From Macrostomum lignano (Eukaryota), in the NCBI GenBank assembly GCA_002269645.1, contig NIVC01002153.1, forward strand, positions 1 through 64,000: a DNA stretch of 64,000 nucleotides. Reading direction: 5' to 3'. Positions 52,015 to 64,000 of the stretch are shown piece by piece. How positions within the stretch are numbered: the first letter of the stretch is position 1; the number at the start of each line of letters is the position of its first letter. Under the pieces are notes generated by a model. The model was not told where the DNA came from and did no database searches. It was given only the letters and a program-made list of their open reading frames with translations. A program made the translations under genes and the position numbers.

Positions 52015-55000
52015 ATGGAGCGCCTGTTTAAAATCCTCATTATCGGCGACGGCACGGTGGGAAAAACTTCCTTTGTTCAACGCTACGTTAACGACGTGTT
52101 TCGGCAAGACTATAAAAGTACAATTGGTGTGGATTTCGCTTTGAAAGTGGTGAAATGGTCAGACACTGAGACCATTAAATTGCAGATGTGGGATATTGCT
52201 GGCCAGGAGAGGTGAGAACTTGTAGTTTTGTGATTTATTGCATATTTGTACGAGCCGTGACCACTCAGTGCACTCTCTAATCGCTGTTAATCTAGGATCA
52301 GTGACTTTAATCTTTGAATGTAGAATCAGTGACTCTAATCTCGATCGGGAATGTAGGATCAGTGACTCTCTAGTCGCGGGAATGTAGGATCAGTGACTCT
52401 CTAATGGTGGGAATGTAGGATCAGTGACTCTCTAATGGTGGGAATGTAGGATCAGTGACTCTCTAGTCGCGGGAATGTAGGATCAGTGACTCTCTAATGG
52501 TGGGAATGTAGGATCAGTGACTCTCTAGTTGCGGGAATATAGGATAAATGACTCTCTAATGGTGCGAATGTAGGATCAGTGACTCTCTAGTTGCGGGAAT
52601 ATAGGATAAATGACTCTCTAATGGTGCGAATGTAGGATCAGTGACTCTCTAGTTGCGGGAATATAGGATAAATGACTCTCTAATGGTGCGAATGTAGGAT
52701 CAGTGACTCTCTAGTTGCGGGAATATAGGATAAATAACTCTCTAATGGTGCGAATGTAGGATCAGTGACTCTCTAGTCGCGAGAATGTAGGATCAGTGAC
52801 TCTCTAATGGTGGGAATGTAGGATCAGTGACTCTCTAATGGTGGGAATGTAGGATCAGTGACTCTCTAATGGTGGGAATGTAGGATCAGTGACTCTCTAG
52901 TCGCGGGAATGTAGGATCAGTGACTCTCTAATGGTGGGAATGTAGGATCAGTGACTCTCTAGTTGCGGGAATGTAGGATCAGTGACTCTCTAGTTGCGGG
53001 AATGTAGGATCGGTGGCTCTCTAGTTGCGGGAATATAGGATAAGTGACTCTCTAATGGTGGGAATGTAGGATCAGTGACTCTCTAGTTGCGGGAATGTAG
53101 GATCAGTGACTCTCTAATGGTGGGAATGTAGGATCAGTGACTCTCTAGTTGCGGGAATGTAGGATCAGTGACTCTCTAATGGTGGGAATGTAGGATCAGT
53201 GACTCTCTAATGGCGGGAATGTAGGATCAGTGACTCTCTAATGGTGGGAATGTAGGATCAGTGACTCTCTAGTTGCGGGAATGTAGGATCAGTGACTCTC
53301 TAATGGTGGGAATGTAGGATCAGTGACTCTCTAATGGCGGGAATGTAGGATCAGTGACTCTCTAATGGTGGGAATGTAGGATCAGTGACTCTCTAGTTGC
53401 GGGAATGTAGGATCAGTGACTCTCTAATGGTGGGAATGTAGGATCAGTGACTCTCTAATGGTGGGAATGTAGGATCAGTGACTCTCTAGTCGCGGGAATG
53501 TAGGATCAGTGACTCTCTAATGGTGGGAATGTAGGATCAGTGACTCTCTAATGGCGGGAATGTAGGATCAGTGACTCTCTAATGGTGGGAATGTAGGATC
53601 AGTGACTCTCTAATGGTGGGAATGTAGGATCAGTGACTCTCTAGTCGCGGGAATGTAGGATCAGTGACTCTCTAATGGTGGGAATGTAGGATCAGTGACT
53701 CTCTAATGGTGGGAATGTAGGATCAGTGACTCTCTAGTCGCGGGAATGTAGGATCAGTGACTCTCTAGTCGCGGGAATGTAGGATAAGTGACTCTCTAGT
53801 GGTGCGAATGTAGAATCAGTGACTCTCTAGTTGCGGGAATGTAGGATAAGTGACTCTCTAGTGGTGCGAATGTAGGATCAGTGACTCTCTAGTTGCGGGA
53901 ATATAGGATAAGTGACTCTCTAGTGGTGCGAATGTAGAATCAGTGACTCTCTAGTCGCGGGAATGTAGGATCAGTGACTCTCTAATGGTGGGAATGTAGA
54001 ATCAGTGACTCTCTAGTCGCGGGAATGTAGGATCAGTGACTCTCTAGTCGCGGGAATGTAGGATCAGTGACTCTAGTCGCGGGAATGTAAGATTATTGAC
54101 TCTGCAATCACTAGACCCAGGTCTCCAGAGCCTTGCATAGTAAAATCTCAGTATAATATGCCGTTGGATAACAACCTCTATCAGGTTCACCTCCATGACC
54201 CGCGTGTACTACAAGGACGCCAACGCTGCTATTGTAATGTTCGATTTAACCGCGAAGAACACATTCCACTCTGCGCTGAAATGGAAGCGAGATTTGGATA
54301 GCAAATGCAGCTTGTCGGATGGCAGTCCCGTGCCTGCCATTCTGCTGGCTAACAAATGCGACCTGCAGAGGCGCGAAGTGGATCAGGTGACTGCATTGGG
54401 CCAGCCTTCCAGAGTGTCAGTTGCTGGGCCAGCCTTCCAGAGTGTCAGTTGCTGGGCCAGCCTCCCAGATCCTCAGTTGCTGGGCCAGCCTCCCAGATCC
54501 CCAGTTGCAGGGCCAGCCTCCCATGCAGATCCTCATTTGCTGGGCCAGCCTCCCAGATTCTCAGTTGCTGGGCCAGCCTCCTAGATCCTCAGTTGCTGGG
54601 CCAGCCTCCTAGATCCTCAGTTGCTGGGCCAGCCTCCTAGATCCTCAGTTGCTGGGCCAGCCTCCCAGATCCGCAGTTGCTGGGCCAGCCTCCCAGATCC
54701 GCAGTTGCTGGGCCAGCCTCCCAGATCCCCAGTTGCTGGGCCAGCCTCCCAGATCCCCAGTTGCTGTGCCAGCCTCCCAGATCCCCAGTTGCTGGGTCAG
54801 CCTCCCAGAGTGTCATTTGCTGGGCCAGCCTCCCAGATCCTCAGTTGCTGGGCCAGCCTCCCAGATCCTCAGTTGCTGGGCCAGCCTCCCAGATCCTCAG
54901 TTGCTGGGCCAGCCTCCCAGATCCTCAGTTGCTGGGCCAGCCTCCCAGATCCTCAGTTGCTGGGCCAGCCTCCCAGATCCTCAGTTGCATGGCCAGCCTC

Positions 55001-55373
55001 CCATGCAGATCCTCATTTGCTGGGCCAGCCTCCCAGATCCCCAGTTGCTTGGCCAGCCTCTCTAAAGGGGGAGTTTGGCTAGTCTTCTACTCTAATACTG
55101 AAACCCACTGAAACCCGCCAGGCCGAGGTCGAGGGCTTCTGCCGCGAGCACGAGTTCATAGGCTGGACAGAGACCAGCGCCAAAGAAGGCGTCATGGTTG
55201 ACGAAGCGATGCGCTTCCTCATTGAAGCCGTCCTGGCCAAATCCTCGCGACTCGGCGACAGCGGCGAAGGCGCCGACGGAGACGGCAGCGGGAACGGCGC
55301 CGGCACCATCAAGCTGGAGAGATCCTACCGGCAGGACAGCGACGGGGCAAGCAGATCGGGCTGTTCGTGCTAA
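52015..55373 (+). CDS. RAB29: Rab32/38/29-subfamily GTPase, RAB29(RAB7L1)-like, 216 aa, 3 exons
   Basis: Exons 52015-52211, 54185-54386, 55122-55373 are phase-consistent. GDGTVGKT, WDIAGQE (subfamily signature), FTSMTR, NKCD, WTETSAK, C-terminal CSC prenylation motif. Confidence 0.85.
52255..54095. repeat. 31-bp minisatellite (1.8 kb) in RAB intron 1
   Basis: Unit GGATCAGTGACTCTCTAATGGTGGGAATGTA, alternating with TAGT(C/T)GCG variants. Confidence 0.97.
54395..55060. repeat. 28-bp minisatellite in RAB intron 2
   Basis: Unit GTTGCTGGGCCAGCCTCCCAGATCCTCA. Confidence 0.95.
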
Positions 55374-55584
55374 AGTACATTGGTGAACTGGAATACCTGA
55401 TTTTGCCGTGTTGTTCGTTTGGAATATCCCATTCCTTTTAGAATTTCCTGTTCAAGTTTCGAGTATTGAAATTATTCGAGTTCGAAGTGTGCTATGCTGT
55501 GTTAAAATGGAGTTCGAGCTCATTGGTGCTGGATATTATATTGTCCGTATTCTTGTGATTTTTCTGCCTCTTTAATTTTATGCT

Positions 55585-56460
55585 TTCTCTTTACTGTCTT
55601 TACCCTCTCCCCCTCTTTCCCACCTCTTCTTTACCCTCTCCCCCTCTTTACCCTCTGTCCCTCCTTACCCTCTAAGCATCTTTACGCTTTCACTCCCTTT
55701 ACTATCTCACCTCTAACATCTTTTCCTCTTTACCCTCTCCCCTCTAACATCTTTTCCTCTTTACCCTCTCCCCTCTAAATTCTTTTCCTCTTTACTATCT
55801 CCCCTCTAACATCTTTTCCTCTTTACCCTCTCCCCTCTAACATCTTTTCCTCTTTACCCTCTCCCCTCTAAATTATTTTCCTCTTTACCATCTCCCCTCT
55901 AACATCTTTTCCTCTTTACCCTCTCCCCTCTAACATCTTTTCCTCTTTACCCTCTCCCCTCTAAATTCTTTTCCTCTTTACTATCTCCCCTCTAACATCT
56001 TTTCCTCTTTACCCTCTCCCCTCTAAATTCTTTGCCTCTTTACCCTCTCCCTTCTAAATTCTTTTCCTCTTTACCCTCTTTCACTCCTTACCTTCTAACC
56101 CTATTTACAATCTCCCCCTCTTTGCCCTCTCCCCCTCTAACATCTCTTCCTCTTTACCCTCTCCCCCCTCTACCCTCTTTCACTCCTTACCCTCTAACCC
56201 TATTTACGTTCTCCCCCTTTTTACCCTCTCCCCCTCTAACATCTCTTCCTCTTTACCCTCTCCCATTCCTTTCCCCCCTCTTTACTCTCTCACTCCTTAC
56301 CCTCTCCTTCTCTTTACCCCCTTCCCTTCTTTACCCTCCCACACTCTTCACCCTCTCTCCCTTACACTCCCTCTACCCTCTCCCTCTCTTTACATTCCCC
56401 CTCTTTCCCCGCACCCACTCTTTACCCTCTACCCCTCTTTACCCTTCCATTTGTGCATCT
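55585..56460. repeat. Pyrimidine-rich repeat of about 31 bp
   Basis: Unit CTTTACCCTCTCCCCTCTAACATCTTTTCCT, degenerating at the ends. Confidence 0.9.
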
Positions 56461-57099
56461 CTCTAAGCCAATCACAGCAAAGCATTGCTGAATTGCGTCG
56501 TGTTGGTGCCAATTTAATTCAACAAATTTATTGATTTCTGATTGATTTTAGCCAGTCAACTTATCACTGTGCGGATGGAGGCAATTTAACGCGTGATCTT
56601 GTAAATTATTTTGTTTTACCATTTCATGATTTGGTTCTACTTTAGTAATTCTCTATATATTCTGTTATGCATTAGTATTGCATAGTATTGCATGCTATTG
56701 AGTATTCATTGCATTCAATAATAATTTTTATTAAAGATTTTGCATTACTTAACCAGCATTGTCTACTGTGAGTAGTTTGCCATTTTGATTTTACCTGGCT
56801 TGAATTTCCGGAATCGAAGCCGAATAATGCATAATAATACTCTTCTGAAATCCTATGCTACTATTAGTAATGTTTTATCTTTTAACAGTAGTATTTTGTA
56901 CTATTTTTCTATTTCCTTTACTTCCATGACCAACTTTTTAAGGCCAAAGATTTTGCGAAGTAGATTCGATTTTTATAGTTGATAGATTATATACAGGCTA
57001 TTATAATACACGTTTTACTGTTCCTGGTCGTCAATAAATGAAGCAACTGTTTGACTCACTAATTGCCAATACTTTTGCCTTTAAATACCACTTATCTTT

Positions 57100-57625
57100 C
57101 TGTGTGTCTGTATATGTGTCTGTGTCTGTCTGTGTGTCTGTGTGTGTCTGTATGTGTCTGTGTGTGTCTGTATGTGTGTCTGTGTCTGTCTGTCTGTCTG
57201 TCTGTGTGTGTCTGTGTGTGTCTGTCTGTGTGTGTGACTGTGTGTGTCTGTCTGTGTCTGTATGTGTCTGTCTGTGTGTGTGACTGTGTGTGTCTGTCTG
57301 TGTCTGTCTGTGTGTCTGTGTGTGTCTGTCTGTCTATATGTCTGTCTGTCTGTGTGTCTGCCTGTCACTGTCTGTGTGTCTGTCTAACTATCTTTCTGTC
57401 TTTCACTGTCTGTGTGTCATACACACACACCCACGCACACACACACCCACGCACGCACACACACACACACACAGACACACACTCTCTTTCTGTCTGTCCA
57501 TCCGTCTGTCTGTCTGTGTAAAATGCTTGTATGTCTTAGTGTATTTCTGACTGTCAGGCTGTCTGCCTGTCTGTCTGTCAGGCTGGCTGTCTGTCTGTCT
57601 GTCTGTCTGTCTGTCTGCCTGTCTA
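57100..57625. repeat. Compound (TG)n/(TGTC)n/(CA)n microsatellite
   Basis: Directly visible. Confidence 0.95.
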
Positions 57626-58159
57626 TCCTGTACGCTATGTACTCGTACCTGACAAGATCGGTAACTAGTAGATTTAACTAAAACAAATATAAGCTTTAGG
57701 CTTTTTTTCTATTCAATTATTCACAGAACCAGGTTACTCGTATTAAAACAGTTAAGCCTGTTAAGTATATATGACCCTAACGAAAACACACGAAAGTGTA
57801 TTTAAAGTATAGTGTGCCTATATGATAATACAAGTAACCAATATACGCTGCAAAACCAGTGGCACTGTGTAGATGCAAAAGTGCAAAAAAACATTAGGCC
57901 TGCACTAAAGTATCAAGAATAAAGAGCAATTATTCACTTCAGGACAGAATCAATATATTAAATAAATTTAGTATTAGTAAATTAATTAATAAACAACAGA
58001 AATTGGATAGAAATATTTGACACAGTTTTAAAAGTGAAAAATATATTCATTCTCTTAGTATTGATAAATAAAATCGACCGGACATCTTTATATAAGTAGA
58101 TGAAATATTTTGTCAGGGAGGAGGGGAATTAAGAATGTAATCAAAGAGATGTGGAATTT

Positions 58160-58970
58160 AGGATGGGGTCAAAGAGGAGGGAAATAAGAATGGGATCAGG
58201 GAGGAGGGGAATAAGAATGGGATCAGGGAGGGGGGAATAAGAATAGGATCAGGGAGGAGGGGAATAAGAATGGGATCAGGGAGGAGGGGAATAAGAATGG
58301 GATCAGGGAGGAGGGGAATAAGAATGGGATCAGGGAGAAGGGGAATAAGAATGGGATCAGGGAGGATGGGAATAAGAATGGGATCAGGGAGGAGGGGAAT
58401 GATAATGGGAGGAGGGGAATAAGAATGGGATCAGGGAGAAGGGGAATAAGAATGGGATCAGGGAGGATGGGAATAAGAATGGGATCAGGGAGGAGGGGAA
58501 TGATAATGGGAGGAGGGGAATAAGAATGGGATCAGGGAGGAGAGGAATAAGAATGGGATCAGGGAGGAGGGGAATGATAATGGGAGGAGGGGAATAAGAA
58601 TGGGATCAGGGACGAGGGGAATAAGAATGGGATCAGGGAGGGGGGAATAAGAATGGGAGGAGGGAGGAGGGTAATAAGAATGGGATCAGGGAGGAGGGGA
58701 ATAAGAATGGGATCAGGGAGGAGGGGAATAAGAATCGGATCAGGGACGAGGGGAATAAGAATGGGATCAGGGAGGGGGGAATAAGAATGGGAGGAGGGAG
58801 GAGGGTAATAAGAATGGGATCAGGGAGGAGGGGAATAAGAATGGGATCAGGGAGGGGGGGAATAAGAATGGGATCAGGGAGGAGGGGAATAAGAATGGGA
58901 TCAGGGAGGAGGGGAATAAGAATGGGATCAGGGAGGAGGGGAATAAGAATGGGATCAGGGAGGAAGGAAT
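58160..58970. repeat. 27-bp purine-rich minisatellite
   Basis: Unit GGGAGGAGGGGAATAAGAATGGGATCA. Confidence 0.95.
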
Positions 58971-59102
58971 TATGTATGGGATTCAAAGCTGCAGCAAATT
59001 AGGAAATTAGCAAATCACAAAGAGGTAATATTCAGAATTTCCATAGCGGGTTAGAGACAATTTTCCTTTCTACACAGATCCTCAATCAAATGGACTGTCA
59101 GG

Positions 59103-61692
59103 TCACGACTTTCCAGCGGCCCCTTTGCCTTTGCCTTTGCCTTTCGGCTTTCCGTCTCCATCCTGTGGCGGCGGCTTGTTGAGCTGGTCAACCTTGGCCT
59201 TGAGCTCGTCGTGATTCTCGTGAATTGATTTGAGCTCTTCAACACGTAGCTTCTGTTCTGATTGAATCTTCATGCCTAGCACAGTCTTGACAGTCTGCAC
59301 CGCCTCCGCCAGCTTCCTCACCTGCGCGTGGCACTCTTCCAGCTCGGCTGCAGTCACGCCTCCGCCAGGGGCTGGCGCGGCGCCAGTGCTAGGGGCGCCA
59401 ATTTTGGCGCGCAGTCGATCCAGCTCTTTGTTTAATTCGTCCACTGCTTTGGCGCGATCTGACACCTCGGCTGACAGGCTGGAGCGAAGATCGTCGCGAA
59501 CTGTGCCGACCAGAGCGCTGGTGGAGCTCAGCTGGTGTTGGGGGACGTGAAGCCAAACTTAAATGTGCGCTCGTAGATAACTACCCACTTCGGTGATTAA
59601 TAGGAAACCGCTCTACCCACTTCGATAATTAGTGGGAAGCCGCTCTACCCACTTCGGTGATTAGTGGGAAGCCGCTCTACCCACTTCGGTAATTAATATG
59701 AAGCCGCTCTACCCACTTCTGTAATTAGTGGGAAGCCGCTCTACCCACTTCGGTAATTAATAGGAAGCCGCTCTACCCAGTTATGTAATTAGTGGGAAGC
59801 TGCTCTACCCACTTCAGTAGTTAGTGGGAAGCCGCTCTACCCACTTCGGTAATTAGTGGGAAGCGGCTCTACCCACTTCGGTAATTAATTGGAAGCTGCT
59901 CTACCCAGTTATGTAATTAGTGGGAAGCTGCTCTACCCAGTTATGTAATTAGTGGGAAGCCGCTCTACCCACTTCTGTAATTAGTGGGAAGCTGCTCTAC
60001 CCACTTGGATCTACTACGCATGCAACTACGTAAAGTGAAACTCATTTAGTCATGCAAACAATCTCAGTTATACTACTGTCTGCAGTATCAATAAAATTTT
60101 CACCCTGAAACTGCATCAGCTCACCAAGTCGTCCGTAGCATTCTGTCTATTCTGCACAGCGGTTATCTGTCCCTTAACCAGCTCCTGCCATTTTATTGAA
60201 TCGTCGAATTTCTCAGTCAACTCGCGTAGTAGCATTGCTAAATTCTGAAATTTAAACAGCAAGATTATCTTTTTTGCGATTGTCTTACAGATTTTATCAA
60301 CACCAGCTTTTAGCGTCTATCCTCTGTAGTAGATATCTTAGAACCACCCCTGAACCACCTAAACCTTCACTTGCTATACCTTTGGCAACCACCTGAACCC
60401 CTGACAACCTTCATCTGCTACCTTTGGCAACCACCTGAACCCCTGAACCCCTGACAACCTTCATCTGCTACCTTTGGCAACCACCTGAACCCCTGAACCC
60501 CTGACAACCTTCATCTGCCACCTTTGTTAACCACCTGAACCCCTGACAACCTTCATCTGCTACCTTTGGCAACCACCTGAACCCCTGACAACCTTCATCT
60601 GCTACCTTTGGCAACCACCTGACAACCTTCATCTGCTACCTTTGGCAACCACCTGACAACCTTCATCTGCTACCTTTGGCAACCACCTGACAACCTTCAT
60701 CTGCTACCTTTGGCAACCACCTGACAACCTTCATCTGCTACCTTTGGCAACCACCTGACAACCTTCATCTGCTACCTTTGGCAACCACCTGACAACCTTC
60801 ATCTGCTACCTTTGGCAACCACCTGAACCCTTGACAACCTTCATCTGCTACCTTTGGCAACCACCTGGACCCCTGACAACCTTCATCTGCCACCTTTGTT
60901 AACCACCTGAACCCCTGAACCCCTGACAACCTTCATCTGCCACCTTTGTTAACCACCTGAACCCCTGACAACCTTCATCTGCTACCTTTGTTAACCAACT
61001 GAACCCCTGATAACCTTCATCTGCTACCTTTGGCAACCACCTGAACCCCTGAACCCCTGACAACCTTCATCTGCTACCTTTGGCAACCACCTGACAACCT
61101 TCATCTGCTACCTTTGGCAACCACCTGACAACCTTCATCTGCTACCTTTGGCAACCACCTGACAACCTTCATCTGCTACCTTTGGCAACCACCTGACAAC
61201 CTTCATCTGCTACCTTTGGCAACCACCTGACAACCTTCATCTGCTACCTTTGGCAACCACCTGAACCCTTGACAACCTTCATCTGCTACCTTTGGCAACC
61301 ACCTGAACCCCTGAACCTTCATTTGCTACTTTTAGCAACAGCTTAAACCCCTGAAAACCTTCACCTATTCTTGAAAACAACTAAAAAAACCTTTGAACCA
61401 CAGCAAAATTAGCGCAGATCCAATCTCGTGCACGGTAACTTACATCCGTCTTCTGTTTTTCCTATAAAAAGTAAAGGAAGATGGTTTTTTAATAATTCAG
61501 TTTTCTAACTACAGCAGTTTAACTGCAGTAGAGGCCAAGTTGCACTCTTACCAAATTAGCATTAGTATCAACCTTCTCAGTCAGCTTATCCAATTTGGTT
61601 GACAAAGATTGCATTCGCTCGTCAGTGTCAGTCACTCGACGCATTGTCTCGCGTCTGTAATCTTCCAGCATCGTCTGCAGCTGCTGCGAGTC
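59103..61692 (-). CDS. 5'-partial coiled-coil protein, family not recognised
   Basis: Phase-0 exons 61692-61573 (120 nt), 61461-61444 (18 nt), 60244-60125 (120 nt), 59531-59103 (terminal), all with AG/GT. They read as a continuous heptad-rich protein ending GKPKGKGKGKGAAGKS*. Upstream exons not located. Confidence 0.75.
59575..60005. repeat. 32-bp intronic minisatellite
   Basis: Unit GCCGCTCTACCCACTTCGGTAATTAGTGGGAA (internal CCCACT/AGTGGG inverted repeat). Confidence 0.92.
60350..61350. repeat. 34-bp intronic minisatellite with optional 8-bp modules
   Basis: GACAACCTTCATCTGCTACCTTTGGCAACCACCT plus 0-2 copies of GAACCCCT. Confidence 0.95.
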
Positions 61693-62169
61693 CTGTTTTA
61701 AGAGCGATCATTTTTATAATATATGTAGAAATATTTTAGAGCAGTCCAATCTGATCTTTGTAAGTAGTATGTTAAGATTGTTATGTTAACTTAATAGGGT
61801 CCTGTGCTGTAACAGGCCATGGGTCCTATCATTGTAACAACGAAATCAAACATCTCCTTTTATAAACATACAAGCTGTTGAAACCCGCGGAATTTGAACC
61901 CGGGGAATTCCAATCCCCGGAACTATTTTTGCATGTATTCTAAAATCAGCCCATACTGAAACAAAAACTTGTTAATAGTTAGTAGGATTAAGGTAAACAA
62001 AATGGAGTACATTCGCGTAAAATTAGGATTTGAGGCAAACATTGATATTGTTGGCTGGGGGGGGGGTGCTTTTTACTTTAAATAGGCAATTAATGTCTGT
62101 CTGACTCTAAAACATGTATTGGCAAACTCTGGCCTCTGCCTCTGACTCTCCCTACGTCCCTTGGATCCT

Positions 62170-62445
62170 TTGAAACTTCTATCTTCTCTTCTGTTTCCTC
62201 TCTTCTTTCTCGTCCCTCGTCTCTTTTTCCTCTCTCCTCTCTCCCCTCTTCTCTCGTATCTTCCCTCATTTCTCTTCTTTTTCATCTCTCTTATCTCATT
62301 TCTTTTCTCTTCTTTTCTCTTTCCTCTCCTCCCACTCTTCTCTCGTCTTTTCCTTCACCTCTCTTCTCTCTCGTCTGCTCTTTCATCTCTCCTTTCTCTT
62401 CTTTTATCTTTTCTCTCTTACCTCTTCTCGTTTCTATCTGCTCTG

Positions 62446-62522
<77 letters not shown>

Positions 62523-63600
62523 GTCTTTCTCTCTTATCTCTCCTCCTCTCTCTACTCTCTCCCCTCTCCATTCTCCTCTTTCCTCTCCTCTCTCCTCACT
62601 CACTTCTCTACCTTTGTCTCTCCTCTCTCCTCACTCACTTCTCTACCTTTGTCTCTCCTCTCTCCTCACTCACTTCTCTACCTTTGTCTCTCCTCTCTCC
62701 TCACTCACTTCTCTACCTTTGTCTCTCCTCTCTCCTCTCTCCTCACTCACTTCTCTACCTTTGTCTCTCCTCTCTCCTCACTCACTTCTCTACCTTTGTC
62801 TCTCCTCTCTCCTCACTCACTTCTCTACCTTTGTCTCTCCTCTCTCCTCACTCACTTCTCTACCTTTGTCTCTCCTCTCTCCTCACTCACTTCTCTACCT
62901 TTGTCTCTCCTCTCTCCTCACTCACTTCTCTACCTTTGTCTCTCCTCTCTCCTCACTCACTTCTCTACCTTTGTCTCTCCTCTCTCCTCTCGTCTCTGTA
63001 ACCTCTCCTCTGTTCTCTCTACTCTCCCATCTTTTATCTGTTCACTCTCGTCTCTGCTCTCTCATCCCCCTCTTTAATCTGGCATCTCTGTCTTATATGT
63101 TCTCTCACCTCTCTCCTCTGTACTCTTTTCTTTCCCCTCTTTTGACTCCTCACTTTCCTTTCTCCTTTCTTCTTTTCTCTTCTCTTCCCTTTTCTATACT
63201 CTGTCTCCCTCTCTTCTCTCACTCCACTCTCCTCTATCCGTTATCTCTCATCTCTCATCTCTCCTTCCACCTCTCATCTCTACAACCTTAGAGATGTAGA
63301 GATGTATCTTTATCTCTTCTCTCTTCCCTTTACTCTCTCATCTCTTCTTTCACCTGTTTCCTCTCTGCTCTCCTCTCTGCTGTCTCCTCTCTCCTCTCAT
63401 CTGCAGCTCTCTGCTCTCTCATCTCGCTTTTCCTCTCTCATCTCTACTCTCTCCTCTCGCTTTTCCTCTCTCCCCTCTTCTCCCCTCTCTCTCATCGTCC
63501 TCACCCCCTCATCTCTCCTATTATCTTTTATCTTTTCTTTTATCCCCTCTGTCGCCTCTCCTCTCTTCGAATCGTCTATTCCTTCTTCTTTCCACTTTCA
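62170..63600. repeat. 1.4-kb CT-rich tract including pure (CT)n and a tandem CTCACTCACTTCTCTACCTTTGTCTCTCCTCTCTC unit
   Basis: Directly visible. Confidence 0.95.
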
Positions 63601-64000
63601 TCTGCCCCTCAGCTATGAGCTGGATTCTTTATCTGGCCTTTGAGGTAAAAGTCTGCCCATCCCTGCCTGGAAAGCCAGTTTGTGGGACGTAGTACTCTCA
63701 TGGTTGTTCTCATGCTTTGATCACATCACCTTTCTTGCCAATTTGCAGCCCTGAAAGGAATTTGTGTATCTTCAGCTCCACTGCAGTCTGCATCAGTCTA
63801 ACAACCAAGGAAATACGCATTTCTTAGGAGGCCAGTTAAATTTTAAAGTACCTTATGCGAATCTTAATGTTAAAATTTTCATGGTGTAACCAATTTAGTA
63901 GGATTGCATTGTAATCAGTTATTCATTAATTTTTAGATATTTTTATAAACCATCCCACATCGCCTTGATTTGCCATCCTTGTTTAACTGCATGCTGCGAG

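Noticed and set aside
61888-61922. CCGGGGA..TCCCCGG hairpin
   Set aside because: 7-bp stem only; no other support

Overview
Eukaryotic (metazoan) genomic window with GT-AG spliceosomal introns. There are no prokaryotic features and no CRISPR. GC-rich coding exons, AT-rich spacers, introns packed with minisatellites, an intronless boule and a UspA gene fit a flatworm such as Macrostomum; this is inference only. Nine protein-coding loci were built by hand from splice signals: (1) 5'-partial axonemal dynein heavy chain DNAH1 (+, 18 exons), (2) NUDT2-like Ap4A hydrolase (+), (3) intronless boule/DAZ-family RRM gene (-), (4) a two-exon orphan gene (-), (5) MARCH1/8-like RING-CH E3 ligase (-), (6) universal stress protein (+), (7) NCBP3-like (+), (8) RAB29-like GTPase (+), (9) a 5'-partial coiled-coil gene with an 18-nt microexon (-). 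Between and inside the genes are about 28 tandem-repeat arrays and several transposon copies whose ends and target-site duplications (TSDs) can be read directly: hAT/P-type MITEs, a 2.3-kb hAT-like element with two nested elements, a mariner remnant, a GGG..CCC TIR element carrying an RTE fragment, two copies of an (AAC)n-tailed retroposon, and a tRNA-derived SINE-like element. The most unusual observations are a 66-nt 28S rRNA helix 69-71-like fragment downstream of the MARCH stop codon, intron-specific minisatellites whose units are related between neighbouring introns and genes, a MITE with CCAAT boxes just upstream of boule, and a compensated frameshift pair in a dynein exon. I found no clear novel multi-gene system.
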